Below are positions 35,628-44,730 of a DNA stretch of 64,000 bases, one piece after another. Below the pieces are notes generated by a model. It made no database searches and had not been told where the DNA came from. It saw only the letters and a program-made list of their open reading frames with translations. Each line of letters starts with the position of its first letter. The stretch's first letter is position 1. The DNA lies in the IMG/VR virus record IMGVR_UViG_3300031949_000012, positions 1 to 64,000 of that record. The stretch is one strand, 5' to 3'. The DNA comes from a virus. The translations under genes were made by a program, and so were the position numbers.

Positions 35628-36338
35628 CTAGAACGGATATTGCAGCCAGTTGGCGTCGTAGGTCAGAGGACCACCTGGCACGGGATGATAGACAATGGTG
35701 CCTGGGTCGCACCAGATTGTTAGCCCAAAGGCCATTCGCAATGAATGGCAAAGCCCCTGTACCGCGTCTGCCTCAGTCAGTCTTGCGCCGTCATAAAGAG
35801 GGCCAGCCGGAAAGAGAACAACTGCTCCGGCTGTCAGTATCTCAAATGGTTCTGTCTTCTCCTTTAGCCAACCGGGGTGAGAGGGAAAGTTGTCGCCGTC
35901 CAGTTTGCGAAATCCCCAGATGTCATAGAAAGAAGGGCCGGCCATAATCAGGGGAGCGATGATCTCTTTCTGATGGGCCAGGAGCCGGGCGAGCAAAGCG
36001 GAGGCGTAAAGTAAGTCACTATCCAAATAGAGAACATAATCAGCCCAACCGTCTTTTGCAGCTGCATCGAGAGCGGCGTTATACGATAATGCCAGGCACT
36101 TGAAGCGCTCTGGGTGAACGACACTGCCATAATGCTTAATGCCGGTATGAACTATTGAGATGGATATATCGGGCAGAGCAGCGGCCAGGTACTTCTCCGA
36201 TGGCAGGGAACTATCCCCAACAGTAACATAGGGGCGGACTTCGATACTGCCGTAGTTGAGGGACTTTACCCGGTTGATGTAACGATGGCAATATTCCTCA
36301 GTGTTGTTTCTGAAGATGCTGATAATGGCGACTTTCAT
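35628..36338 (-). CDS. GT-A glycosyltransferase, paralog of 34743..35468
   Basis: SIFRN, GDS, HPERF, DSDLLY, FYDIWGFR, CDP...H shared. Confidence 0.8.
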   Translation of the reverse strand: MKVAIISIFRNNTEEYCHRYINRVKSLNYGSIEVRPYVTVGDSSLPSEKYLAAALPDISISIVHTGIKHYGSVVHPERFKCLALSYNAALDAAAKDGWADYVLYLDSDLLYASALLARLLAHQKEIIAPLIMAGPSFYDIWGFRKLDGDNFPSHPGWLKEKTEPFEILTAGAVVLFPAGPLYDGARLTEADAVQGLCHSLRMAFGLTIWCDPGTIVYHPVPGGPLTYDANWLQYPF

Positions 36339-36397
36339 TTTAACCTCGCTGAATATTAAAAAATTGCCTCAATTTATTGTAAACCAGCCAGGCGCAC

Positions 36398-36426
36398 TTG
36401 ACAAGTTATGCGGCTTATGTTATATT
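36398..36426 (+). promoter_or_regulatory. sigma70 promoter for head/tail operon
   Basis: TTGACA-17-TATATT. Confidence 0.8.
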
Positions 36427-36494
36427 TGACTGGAATGTCGTCCTATATGTAGGGCGTGGGTTGAAACTAATTATAGAGAACGGGTGATGTGGCT

Positions 36495-36532
36495 TAGGGC
36501 TGCGGTAGTATAACCGCAGCCCTATTTTTTTT
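36495..36532 (+). terminator. intrinsic terminator within the leader of the head operon
   Basis: 12-bp stem TAGGGCTGCGGT/ACCGCAGCCCTA plus T8. Confidence 0.85.
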
Positions 36533-36550
36533 GGCTGACAGGAGAAAGTA

Positions 36551-37876
36551 ATGCCCTGGGATGTCTTCAAAAAGGACAATGAATACTGCGTACACAAGAT
36601 AGATGATGATGGCGAGATGATGGGCGAGTCATTAGGCTGTCACAAGAGCCGCAAAGAAGCAATGGCCCAAATGAAAGCCCTCCACGCTAATACCGATGAG
36701 AAGTTTGAAGATGAGCCGATTGGCTTCGGCTGGACTCTCCTGGCCGTAGCTGCCACCAACCGGCCGGGGACGCAGCAAAAGGGACACGAATTATCCCTGG
36801 CAACGATAGATGGTAGAACCTACATTCGTACCCCCATAGTCAAGAAATCCGTAATCCGTAATCGAGGCAAAGTTCACCGCATTGACCAGACCGTTTTTGA
36901 CCAGGTTCTTCGGAACCACACCAATGAAGTCTGGGATAGTGCGCCTTATTTGCGCGTTTCTCATGAAGAGGGGGAAACCCGGCCGCCAGCCTTATGTTGG
37001 TTTGATAAGGACTCAGGCGGCTTTTTGCGCCAGGAGAAGAACTGGCTGGTCGGTTACGCATTGCCAGCTGATGCGGAAGTGGAAGATGCCATTAAGAAGA
37101 AGAAATGGCGCTATGCCTCAGCAGACCTTCACCCCGACTATACCTCAAACCAAATTGCGGTTTTAGAGACGGCAACGTTTGAATATCTTAGTGACAATCA
37201 GTTAAAGGAGATCAAGATGGATGAAAAAGAGAAAGAGCGCCTGCTTCAGCTTGAGCAGGAGCGAACCGACCTGCTGACCCGTCTGGAAGCGTCTGCGAAA
37301 GATCAGCTGCGCTTGCAAGAGCAAGTCAAGGAACTTTCAGTTAAGTTGTCCGGGACCTCTCAACCCCAGCTGGATGATGCGCCAGCTTGGGTAAAGGAGA
37401 AATTGGCCCAGCTTGAGAAGGAAAATATGGCCCTGGCCTTCGAGCGCGAGCAGGAGCGCAAACAGGCGCAGCTGGAACGCCGGGTGGCCAAGGCTGAGGC
37501 AATGGTCGCCAGACTTACGGCCAAAAGGGATAATGGCTATATTCTGCCGGCCGTGGTTATCGAAACGGCCAAGTCTTTGGTATTGGCTCAACCCATTGGT
37601 GAGGGGGACCGGGTTATTCAACTTGAAGCAACCCGTCCGCCCACAGTTGAGGAGCTGATGGATTATTACTTTGAAGGTGTCCAGCAGTTGGTCAACCTTA
37701 TTCCGCCGATGGTGCGGTTAGAAGGGCAAACCGAGACGACCGATGTCCGCCTGGAAACCCTGACCGGGCCATTTGGTTATAGCCCGGCTGAGCTGGCCAA
37801 GAAATATGCAGAGAAGGCTGAGAAAATCTGGAGCGCATCACTGCCAGCCAAACAGGCCGGAAACAACGCAAATTAA
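36551..37876 (+). CDS. capsid maturation protease/scaffold (Mu gpI/Z-like)
   Basis: position before decoration and MCP; H...A..W, Y.S motifs; coiled-coil C-half with internal AAGGAG-ATG at 37217. Confidence 0.7.
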   Translation: MPWDVFKKDNEYCVHKIDDDGEMMGESLGCHKSRKEAMAQMKALHANTDEKFEDEPIGFGWTLLAVAATNRPGTQQKGHELSLATIDGRTYIRTPIVKKSVIRNRGKVHRIDQTVFDQVLRNHTNEVWDSAPYLRVSHEEGETRPPALCWFDKDSGGFLRQEKNWLVGYALPADAEVEDAIKKKKWRYASADLHPDYTSNQIAVLETATFEYLSDNQLKEIKMDEKEKERLLQLEQERTDLLTRLEASAKDQLRLQEQVKELSVKLSGTSQPQLDDAPAWVKEKLAQLEKENMALAFEREQERKQAQLERRVAKAEAMVARLTAKRDNGYILPAVVIETAKSLVLAQPIGEGDRVIQLEATRPPTVEELMDYYFEGVQQLVNLIPPMVRLEGQTETTDVRLETLTGPFGYSPAELAKKYAEKAEKIWSASLPAKQAGNNAN

Positions 37877-37908
37877 CTCCCCCGTAAGGGGAAAGGAGAA
37901 AGAGTAAC

Positions 37909-38322
37909 ATGGCTAATCCGACTTCCTGGGTCAGCAAAGGCCCGAAATTCATGTCGCCGCTGGCCTCAACCGATAACCTTGCCCGGTTGCTGCCCCGCAT
38001 GTTCGACATGGCTTACCCCCAACTTACTTTTGTTGACGCCACTCACGTTCATGGTGAATATGCAACGCCTGGCCTGGTGGTTGCTCTTAATAGCGTGACC
38101 AACAAGTATGTCCCCTGGGTTACTGACGCCTCACACGGGGCGGGCAGTGACACGGCGGTTGGCATCTTAGTTGAGCTGCTTGAGATTACTACCTGGGACC
38201 GGGCCTGTACACCGGTTTATCATGGCGAGATGGTGGAGCAATACTGCTACACCGAAGCAGGCGCAATCGGCACAATTCCGGCCGGGGTCAAGACTGACTT
38301 GCCCGACATTCAGTGGAAATAA
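37909..38322 (+). CDS. head decoration protein
   Basis: G.V+A......YVP....G...AVGIL pattern, directly before MCP. Confidence 0.75.
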   Translation: MANPTSWVSKGPKFMSPLASTDNLARLLPRMFDMAYPQLTFVDATHVHGEYATPGLVVALNSVTNKYVPWVTDASHGAGSDTAVGILVELLEITTWDRACTPVYHGEMVEQYCYTEAGAIGTIPAGVKTDLPDIQWK

Positions 38323-38334
38323 GGAGAATAGAAA

Positions 38335-39525
38335 ATGTCTCAATATGCAAATCTGTGGTTGCATCGGACCTTCCTTGAGGAAGTTCTGAAGAAACGGCCG
38401 GATCGGAGCAAGGTTGGCTACCTGCAAAACTTCATCTGGCGCGAGTTCTTTCAATGGAAAATGTTTGACTCCCGCAATATCCTGATGGAACGCGGTCGCG
38501 GCCAGAACCAATTGGCCGGTCTCTCCTCACCAGAAGGCCAGGCATTGCCTCGGCCGAAGGTGAGCGGTGACACCTTCCTCTCGACCCTGATGGATGTCAA
38601 ATCTTATGCCCTGGTCAAGCCCGACATTGTTCAGGCTGACCTTCAGTTGGGCGAATTGGCCGTAGCCAGAGCCACCGGCACATCGGTTGCCCGGCAGATG
38701 GAATCTAAAGTTACCGACTACATTACAAACGAGATGGCTGAAAATGAGGATGTGGTAGATAACATGTTGGAATATCTGGCTGTGGGCGCACTCAAGAACG
38801 CCGTTACCTGGCCGCCAGTGACTAATGCCGGCGCTGCTATTACACCGGCCCCACGCTACTGGGGTTCAGAGATTGCCGGTACCTGGAATGTGGGCCTGGC
38901 CGCCGAACTCAACCAGGTGATTACTTCTCTGGTGGATAACGCTGGTTCTGCGGCGACAGCCGACCAGCGCAAAGTCTGGTCCGACGCTTCGGCTGACATC
39001 ATTGGGGCGCTGGACGTGGTAGACCAGATTTGTCGCCAGAACCACGCTTTCACTATCCGGGGTGGACAGATTATTTGCCGCAGCACGCTGATGAAACACC
39101 TCATCAAAAATACGGCCATCTTGAACCTGCTGCGAGGCGATACACATGAACAACCAGGGGCCAGCGGCTTCATTACTACCAAACAGCTAGAGGACTGGTT
39201 TGCCACCGGTCTGGACTACAAGTTCCGGTTCTATGACACCTTCTGGACATACGAAGCGTTGACCAAAAATGCCGACTATACGCCCTCAGTTGTCTATTAC
39301 CTGAACGAAAACGAAATTATCTTTATCCCTCCGCAAGGAATCAGCGGTTGGATGGGCACAGCGCCGCTGGAAACCGAAGATGGCTCCTACAATGAAGGCG
39401 GCCCGATGCCCTGGCTTTACCGGCGGCCAAAACCGCCTTACGAGCGGGAGATGGGTGTTCACACAGTCGCCTGGCCAGTATTTGCCGACAACCTCATGTG
39501 GGTTCGGCTTCAGGTCTTAACCTAA
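38335..39525 (+). CDS. major capsid protein (lambda gpE-like, HK97 fold)
   Basis: size, synteny, E.+...AL, W....ADI+..L, YD..., P+ C-terminal motifs. Confidence 0.85.
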   Translation: MSQYANLWLHRTFLEEVLKKRPDRSKVGYLQNFIWREFFQWKMFDSRNILMERGRGQNQLAGLSSPEGQALPRPKVSGDTFLSTLMDVKSYALVKPDIVQADLQLGELAVARATGTSVARQMESKVTDYITNEMAENEDVVDNMLEYLAVGALKNAVTWPPVTNAGAAITPAPRYWGSEIAGTWNVGLAAELNQVITSLVDNAGSAATADQRKVWSDASADIIGALDVVDQICRQNHAFTIRGGQIICRSTLMKHLIKNTAILNLLRGDTHEQPGASGFITTKQLEDWFATGLDYKFRFYDTFWTYEALTKNADYTPSVVYYLNENEIIFIPPQGISGWMGTAPLETEDGSYNEGGPMPWLYRRPKPPYEREMGVHTVAWPVFADNLMWVRLQVLT

Positions 39526-39536
39526 AGGTTTATTTT

Positions 39537-40178
39537 ATGGCAGCGCCGGCCGCGCCTTTTTGTACCACAGCTGATGTAGCCAGTCTGCATCCTCAGCTGT
39601 TGAACCAGGGGACAGACTTTACCGATGGACCAAAGGCGACTTCACCGGCCAAGTCGGTAATTACAGCCTACATCACGCTCATCTCGAACCAGGCCTTGAT
39701 GAAGTTTCGCCGGGCCGGTTACAAGATACCTTTTGTGGAATTGGCCGGCGAAACCTGGCCTACAGACCAGACAGTTTACATGCAACTCCTGACCATGTTG
39801 GGAGTATCTGGTCTGATGGCCGGCCCATCCATCTCCAATCCGGGAGTACGTGGGCGGCAGAACAATGTCTTCAAGGAAGAGTTCCTGCAAGCCCTGAACG
39901 AGATTTACGACCCGGCAACGGATGTGGCGATGCCCTGGCGGGCGCAATATTACTCGCGTACCGCCGCCGAGCGAGCTATTGGGACACCGGCGCTGCCAAT
40001 GACCGACTATTTGAACGAAACTTATGACCCGTATCTTCATTATAGTTTCTACGATCTAACCACCAAGATACACTCCGTTCATCGTATCTTCAAGGATGTC
40101 CTTGACCTTGACTGGGATTACAGTTGGGGGCTGAACGACCTTAACAAAGGTATAGGGCGAGAGATACGTGAGTTATGA
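39537..40178 (+). CDS. head-tail adaptor (putative)
   Basis: follows MCP; FCT.ADV start, GY.+P. Confidence 0.6.
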   Translation: MAAPAAPFCTTADVASLHPQLLNQGTDFTDGPKATSPAKSVITAYITLISNQALMKFRRAGYKIPFVELAGETWPTDQTVYMQLLTMLGVSGLMAGPSISNPGVRGRQNNVFKEEFLQALNEIYDPATDVAMPWRAQYYSRTAAERAIGTPALPMTDYLNETYDPYLHYSFYDLTTKIHSVHRIFKDVLDLDWDYSWGLNDLNKGIGREIREL

Positions 40179-40726
40179 TCAAAGACCTGATTAACCAGGC
40201 CGTAACTGCCATTGTGCCGGCGCCCACCGATGCAGTCCCGGTTAATATCCTGATTGTAGACGATGACTATAGCCAGGTGCAGGCCATTCATCGTCTGATT
40301 AGCCAACGGGGAATCAAGGTAGAGCCGGCCGGAGGAGCCAGGGAAGCTCTGGAAAAGCTGGATTGGGCGGACATTGTTCTTCTGGATTGGCGATTGCAGG
40401 ACAAGGATGCTCAAGTAGTCATAGACCGCTGGGTAGACCGGAAGCAAGATGGGCCGCTGGCTATTATCTCCGGTTACATTACCCCGGAGCTCAGACAAAA
40501 GTTGCTCAAAGAAGGGGCTCACATTGTTTTGGAGAAGCCGGTAGACCTTGAGCTGATGGTGCGAATTTCTGTGCGCTGGATAGAATATATTCGGCGCGAG
40601 AAAGAGCTGACCCAACTCAAGAAGGATATATACCGGCTCAAAACAACTGGTCTTTTAATCCTAATCCTGGCCTTGGCTTCAATGCTTGCTTCTCAGGCTG
40701 GCCTATCACTGGCAGATTTATGGTGA
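40175..40726 (+). CDS. response-regulator receiver domain with C-terminal coiled coil and TM helix
   Basis: ILIVDDD, VLLDW, ISG, GA...L.KP all present; TGLLILILALASMLA. Confidence 0.85.
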   Translation: MIKDLINQAVTAIVPAPTDAVPVNILIVDDDYSQVQAIHRLISQRGIKVEPAGGAREALEKLDWADIVLLDWRLQDKDAQVVIDRWVDRKQDGPLAIISGYITPELRQKLLKEGAHIVLEKPVDLELMVRISVRWIEYIRREKELTQLKKDIYRLKTTGLLILILALASMLASQAGLSLADLW

Positions 40727-41028
40727 CAATTATTTATTTGAGCCTGGTTTTCTTATACGCTTGCTTTACTATTTACTATATAACTCTTTTTACAATCATC
40801 ATAGTCTCACTAATGGAGAGGCCAAAGAACAAAGATGGCTGGTCTATTGCCCTGATTTATCTGATAGACTGTGTGATTACCGGAATTATTGGTTGGTTAT
40901 TATTTGTAAGATGGTATAACGGTACTCCACTTATTCTATCTGGTCATTTCGCCATGTTAATAGCAAACATTATCAAAATTCCTATTGCAACCTGGTTCTT
41001 TTATCGCTTCTTTATCTTGAAGAGGTAA
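40720..41028 (+). CDS. 3-TM membrane protein
   Basis: three hydrophobic helices, AT-rich, basic C-terminus. Confidence 0.65.
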   Translation: MVTIIYLSLVFLYACFTIYYITLFTIIIVSLMERPKNKDGWSIALIYLIDCVITGIIGWLLFVRWYNGTPLILSGHFAMLIANIIKIPIATWFFYRFFILKR

Positions 41029-41102
41029 GACATGCAATATCTGATTGAAACCTTACTTATGTTTAACTTGCGACGAATATTTAGCTTGCGACGAAAACGG
41101 TT

Positions 41103-41591
41103 ATGACCAGAAAACTGGTGGGCACAAAAAAGTTAAGTTTAAGCGACGATTTTCTCATCAGGTTGTCCGAACGGATGCGGGGGACGCTAATTCAAACTGC
41201 TTCAGCTCAGGACACGCTTGAACCTAGCGCTAAGGTAGTGGCAAAAAGCACCGGTGACATTGCCTCGATTGCTTCCGGCCTTGAGAAATTGGCTGAGATT
41301 GCCAGGGGGACAGAACGTGATTTATCGGCCGTTTCCGGTCATCTGGCCGAGCTGGATATGCAAAGCCTGGTTGATAGAATGGCCGTTGATTTGACCAGGA
41401 TGCTCAACTTTAAGGAGATTGCCCGTTATGATGCCGGGTTGATAAAGGATTTACTAGTTGCCGCCGACCGGCCCATCCTATTTGACGCTTTACGCCAGGG
41501 GGAGCCGGATTTGGTTGAGAAGCTAAAGGGCATCATTGTAGCAGTAGAGCAAAATCGTATCGAGAGGAGCCGGCTAAAGAATGGCCTTTGA
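41103..41591 (+). CDS. hypothetical helical protein
   Basis: ORF. Confidence 0.65.
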   Translation: MTRKLVGTKKLSLSDDFLIRLSERMRGTLIQTASAQDTLEPSAKVVAKSTGDIASIASGLEKLAEIARGTERDLSAVSGHLAELDMQSLVDRMAVDLTRMLNFKEIARYDAGLIKDLLVAADRPILFDALRQGEPDLVEKLKGIIVAVEQNRIERSRLKNGL

Positions 41592-42219
41592 GGAAATCAA
41601 CCGCTTTCCTGAACTGAAGAGGGACTTGAGCGCCGTATTTGACCAGAAGCGAGCTTCCGATATTGCTGGAAAGTATCTGCAAAGCCCGGCAGACCGCTTT
41701 ATATCAGCCGTTTTAGCCTGGGCCCCGGAAGGGATAAATGCTCCAGTTGGCAACCAGCCATCGCAGCGAATTTGGGGCAAAACCTTTGCGGCGTCTTGGG
41801 CACATCCGGTAATGGTTGGTAATTCAGATCGCGCTTCCGGTAACACCGTACAAATTCCCCTGGACCACCCTTCGGTTAATGCCGGTTGGACAAGCGACAT
41901 TTTAGACTGGCTTATTTATGGTACTTATCCTCACGTTATCAGGGGCAAACCCAAAGTTCATTTTTGGTGGGGAGCGCCCTTGCAATGGCCGGCGAAGGAT
42001 GGTAAGCCGGCTGGGGAAAGGGTCTACTTCAGTGTTGGCTCTCAATTCGTTATCAACCGGGGCTATTGGGCCTCACCTGGCTTTGACTTTGTGACAGCAG
42101 CTATCCAGGCTACTGAGGAAGATTTCAACCAGGCCAGGGATGAAGCAGCCGATGAATTGCTCAATGCGCCGCTGAAAACAAGCGACCTGTTGAAATTTAT
42201 CCGAACTGAGGAAGCATGA
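41581..42219 (+). CDS. neck/tail completion protein (putative)
   Basis: YGT.PH.I motif, synteny. Confidence 0.55.
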   Translation: MAFEEINRFPELKRDLSAVFDQKRASDIAGKYLQSPADRFISAVLAWAPEGINAPVGNQPSQRIWGKTFAASWAHPVMVGNSDRASGNTVQIPLDHPSVNAGWTSDILDWLIYGTYPHVIRGKPKVHFWWGAPLQWPAKDGKPAGERVYFSVGSQFVINRGYWASPGFDFVTAAIQATEEDFNQARDEAADELLNAPLKTSDLLKFIRTEEA

Positions 42220-42752
42220 ACGATGCTCAATGCCGGCTAGCTGTAAAACAGCTGCTTATGGCCAACAATGAACACCTGACAGCCGGTTTAACTATTCAGG
42301 GGCAGCAGGTCTGGCTCAGGAGTGTGGCAGTTAGCGGCAACACGCCACCCGCAGTTTTCCCATTTGTTTCGGTGACAACACCCTCAGCCCTGGAAAACGA
42401 CGTAGGGGGAAACACCCTTTGGGCACAATCGAGAGCTGAGTACGAAATATTGGTTACGGTGCTGAATATGGCCGTAGCCCAACCAGAAGATACCACCGTT
42501 TATGAGGAAAGCGACCTGGTGCATACCCGGCTTTGTGATAGGATTATTGCTTTGTTCAAAGACCGGAATAATCGCTGGCTGACTGAAGATGAAAGTGAAC
42601 TCAAATTCGAGCTTAAACGAGGTGCAGCTATAAACCGGGTCAATTTTCACTCTGGCCTGGTTTGGGAGCAGGATACCGGTTATCACAGCCGGTTAGCGAC
42701 AGAAATCAGACTTACTCTTGAGCAGAGGTGTACCAGTGACACGACGCTTTGA
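42216..42752 (+). CDS. tail terminator (putative)
   Basis: P..FP.+.V pattern, synteny before tail tube. Confidence 0.55.
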   Translation: MNDAQCRLAVKQLLMANNEHLTAGLTIQGQQVWLRSVAVSGNTPPAVFPFVSVTTPSALENDVGGNTLWAQSRAEYEILVTVLNMAVAQPEDTTVYEESDLVHTRLCDRIIALFKDRNNRWLTEDESELKFELKRGAAINRVNFHSGLVWEQDTGYHSRLATEIRLTLEQRCTSDTTL

Positions 42753-43095
42753 TAAATTGCAAACGCCGGTTGAAATTGAACCCATCGAAATCACCGTAAC
42801 CGAAGAAACCGGCTTTCTAACTCATGAAGATGAAGTAATCCCTGAAAGCAACGGCTCACTTCCCCGGCCAACGGTTTCAATGGCCTGCATTTCTCGGCTG
42901 GGAAGTTATAGCTGCACCGGGCTTGTTACTGGCAGGTCTTATCATATTGAACATACCGGCACATCAGGTATAGACCTGGAAGATGCCGAAATTATTTCTA
43001 CTACGTCCATCACCATCCGGTGTAGGCGCACCGGAGGTTGGATCGATGTAATTCCGGCCGGAATTACATCGGATATTGAGTTTGTCGAAATATGA
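42736..43095 (+). CDS. hypothetical virion-region protein
   Basis: ORF; GAGG SD before GTG 42736. Confidence 0.6.
   Translation: MTRRFDKLQTPVEIEPIEITVTEETGFLTHEDEVIPESNGSLPRPTVSMACISRLGSYSCTGLVTGRSYHIEHTGTSGIDLEDAEIISTTSITIRCRRTGGWIDVIPAGITSDIEFVEI
43044..43071. repeat. perfect 28-bp palindrome
   Basis: CGATGTAATTCCGG|CCGGAATTACATCG. Confidence 0.9.
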
Positions 43096-43123
43096 TTAGT
43101 TAAATAGTTAAAGGAGAAAGATC

Positions 43124-43783
43124 ATGGCTGAGTTTTTTACCCACGCAGGACCGACCGCAACCTTACCCTACACCGCGGAATGGGAAAGCAGAGTTCGTAT
43201 TGGCACAGGCCAGGGCTATGCAGCCCTCTCTGTTACCGGAGACTTATACGTCGCCGGATATGATTATGCCTCGATTGGATTGCAGGCCAGCAAAGCAACC
43301 GACCTGGGCATTTTGGGGGCGGCGCCATCCATTGAACCCATTGCTACCTTTGAGGAAATTGAGGGTGGTAATGTCAAGAGTTCAGGCGAATTTAGCCTGA
43401 CTGAGGAAGGGTTGACGATTGGCCTCTCCCTCCGGGAGTGGAACCCCACCGTGATTGAAGCGGTTGTGGCTAACGGTTCCATGTATACGGTTGGGGCTGG
43501 CGGCACGCAGCGGCTGATTGAGGCTGGTGGTTCTTGTACCATTCGTAACCGGCCGCTTGAAATTTCAGCGTTCAATATCGGTTGTAACGCGCCGGCAGCA
43601 CAAGCTATTGCTGCCGGTATCCAGGGCTGGGTGATGACCGTTTATGGCGGGTACTTCTCGTCAGGTTTTAACATTGGCGAGCTTTCCCCGCGTGAAACCA
43701 GCATTTTGGAGCTGGAATATACGGCTATTCCGCTGTTGACCAAGGCCCTGGGCAACCGACTTTATAACATCTACATGTATTAG
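43124..43783 (+). CDS. major tail tube protein
   Basis: strong SD, synteny before chaperone and TMP, beta-rich. Confidence 0.75.
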   Translation: MAEFFTHAGPTATLPYTAEWESRVRIGTGQGYAALSVTGDLYVAGYDYASIGLQASKATDLGILGAAPSIEPIATFEEIEGGNVKSSGEFSLTEEGLTIGLSLREWNPTVIEAVVANGSMYTVGAGGTQRLIEAGGSCTIRNRPLEISAFNIGCNAPAAQAIAAGIQGWVMTVYGGYFSSGFNIGELSPRETSILELEYTAIPLLTKALGNRLYNIYMY

Positions 43784-43791
43784 GAGCTTTT

Positions 43792-44283
43792 ATGGCAGGT
43801 AAAAATCGTTTCAGAACCTCAAACAAGCCCAAGAAATATTCCGGGACGGTCACTATCCGGTCACTGGCCCTCAGTGAAACCTTCGAGATTGATGTGCCTA
43901 TGCCGGTTGGCCGGATGTGGTCTACTCTGGCCCTGGAAATGCTGGACGCAGTAAGCGCCTTCCAGAAGAACCAAGAAGTTGCCGTGAATGGCAACGGCCA
44001 GTTATCCGATATGGAACGCCAGGATGCCATGATGCGGGCAATCAAGGCTATCTTCAAAGAAGATGAATGGTGGGCGCGATTGATGCCGGCTGCCTTTGGG
44101 GTTCTGGACGAACCAGATGATACCGCCTTTTTACAAGAAAACTTTACCATGATGGAACTTATCACAGCCTGGTTTGAGGCGGCTGGTACTATTGCCTCGG
44201 TCGCCCTGGGAGGGGCTGCGGTGCAAGAAGCCCTGGGAAAATCTCAGGACGCCGAGGTAATAGCCGGAGTTCTGGCGGAGTAA
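43792..44283 (+). CDS. tail assembly chaperone (G-like)
   Basis: between tube and TMP; slippery G GGA AAA at 44235-44241. Confidence 0.8.
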   Translation: MAGKNRFRTSNKPKKYSGTVTIRSLALSETFEIDVPMPVGRMWSTLALEMLDAVSAFQKNQEVAVNGNGQLSDMERQDAMMRAIKAIFKEDEWWARLMPAAFGVLDEPDDTAFLQENFTMMELITAWFEAAGTIASVALGGAAVQEALGKSQDAEVIAGVLAE

Positions 44284-44723
44284 AGACCCATCTGGGTGTC
44301 TATGATATAGATGCCCTGCTCTGGAAGCACTTCGGCGTCAGCTGGAAATTCATCGAGTACCAACTTCCGGTCAGCGATTATTACTGCATGCTGGCCAAAT
44401 CCCTGGACTACGATGAGCTTGAGAACTATCAGCGCTGGTGTGAGCTTGGGAATAAGCCGGGCAAATTTAAGTGGCAAAGTCTGGATCATGCTGGCACCAG
44501 GCCGCTGCAAACCCAGTTACCGCCAGGTGGCTCAACCATAGATAGTCGTGGTGGCCCCAAGCCGCCTGTCTTTCAGGTTGGGGTTGGTATTCAGGCGATT
44601 GAGGCACTGGCCAACGCACAAGGACGAGTTGTCTGCTACATCTACTCGGATGGCCGGACGATAGACCGGGATGGCCAGCCATTAAGTAAAACGGCTGAAA
44701 TGATACCTTACTACATCAAATAG
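43792..44723 (+). CDS. -1 frameshift-extended tail assembly chaperone (GT-like)
   Basis: -1 frame from 44235 is open into ORF 44388..44723. Confidence 0.75.
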
Positions 44724-44730
44724 TGAGCCC

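Noticed and set aside
29572-36338. DNA hypermodification interpretation of the GT/MTase island
   Set aside because: No hydroxymethylase, TET/JBP or DNA-MTase motifs visible and placement is among late genes; disfavoured rather than excluded
36430-36494. Known riboswitch or tRNA in the head-operon leader
   Set aside because: No recognisable consensus of c-di-GMP, ZTP, fluoride, preQ1 or tRNA by eye; kept only as an unexplained leader
41051-41086. Tandem TTTARCTTGCGACGAA repeat
   Set aside because: Only two copies, encoding F(N/S)LRR twice in a 24-codon ORF; no further copies seen
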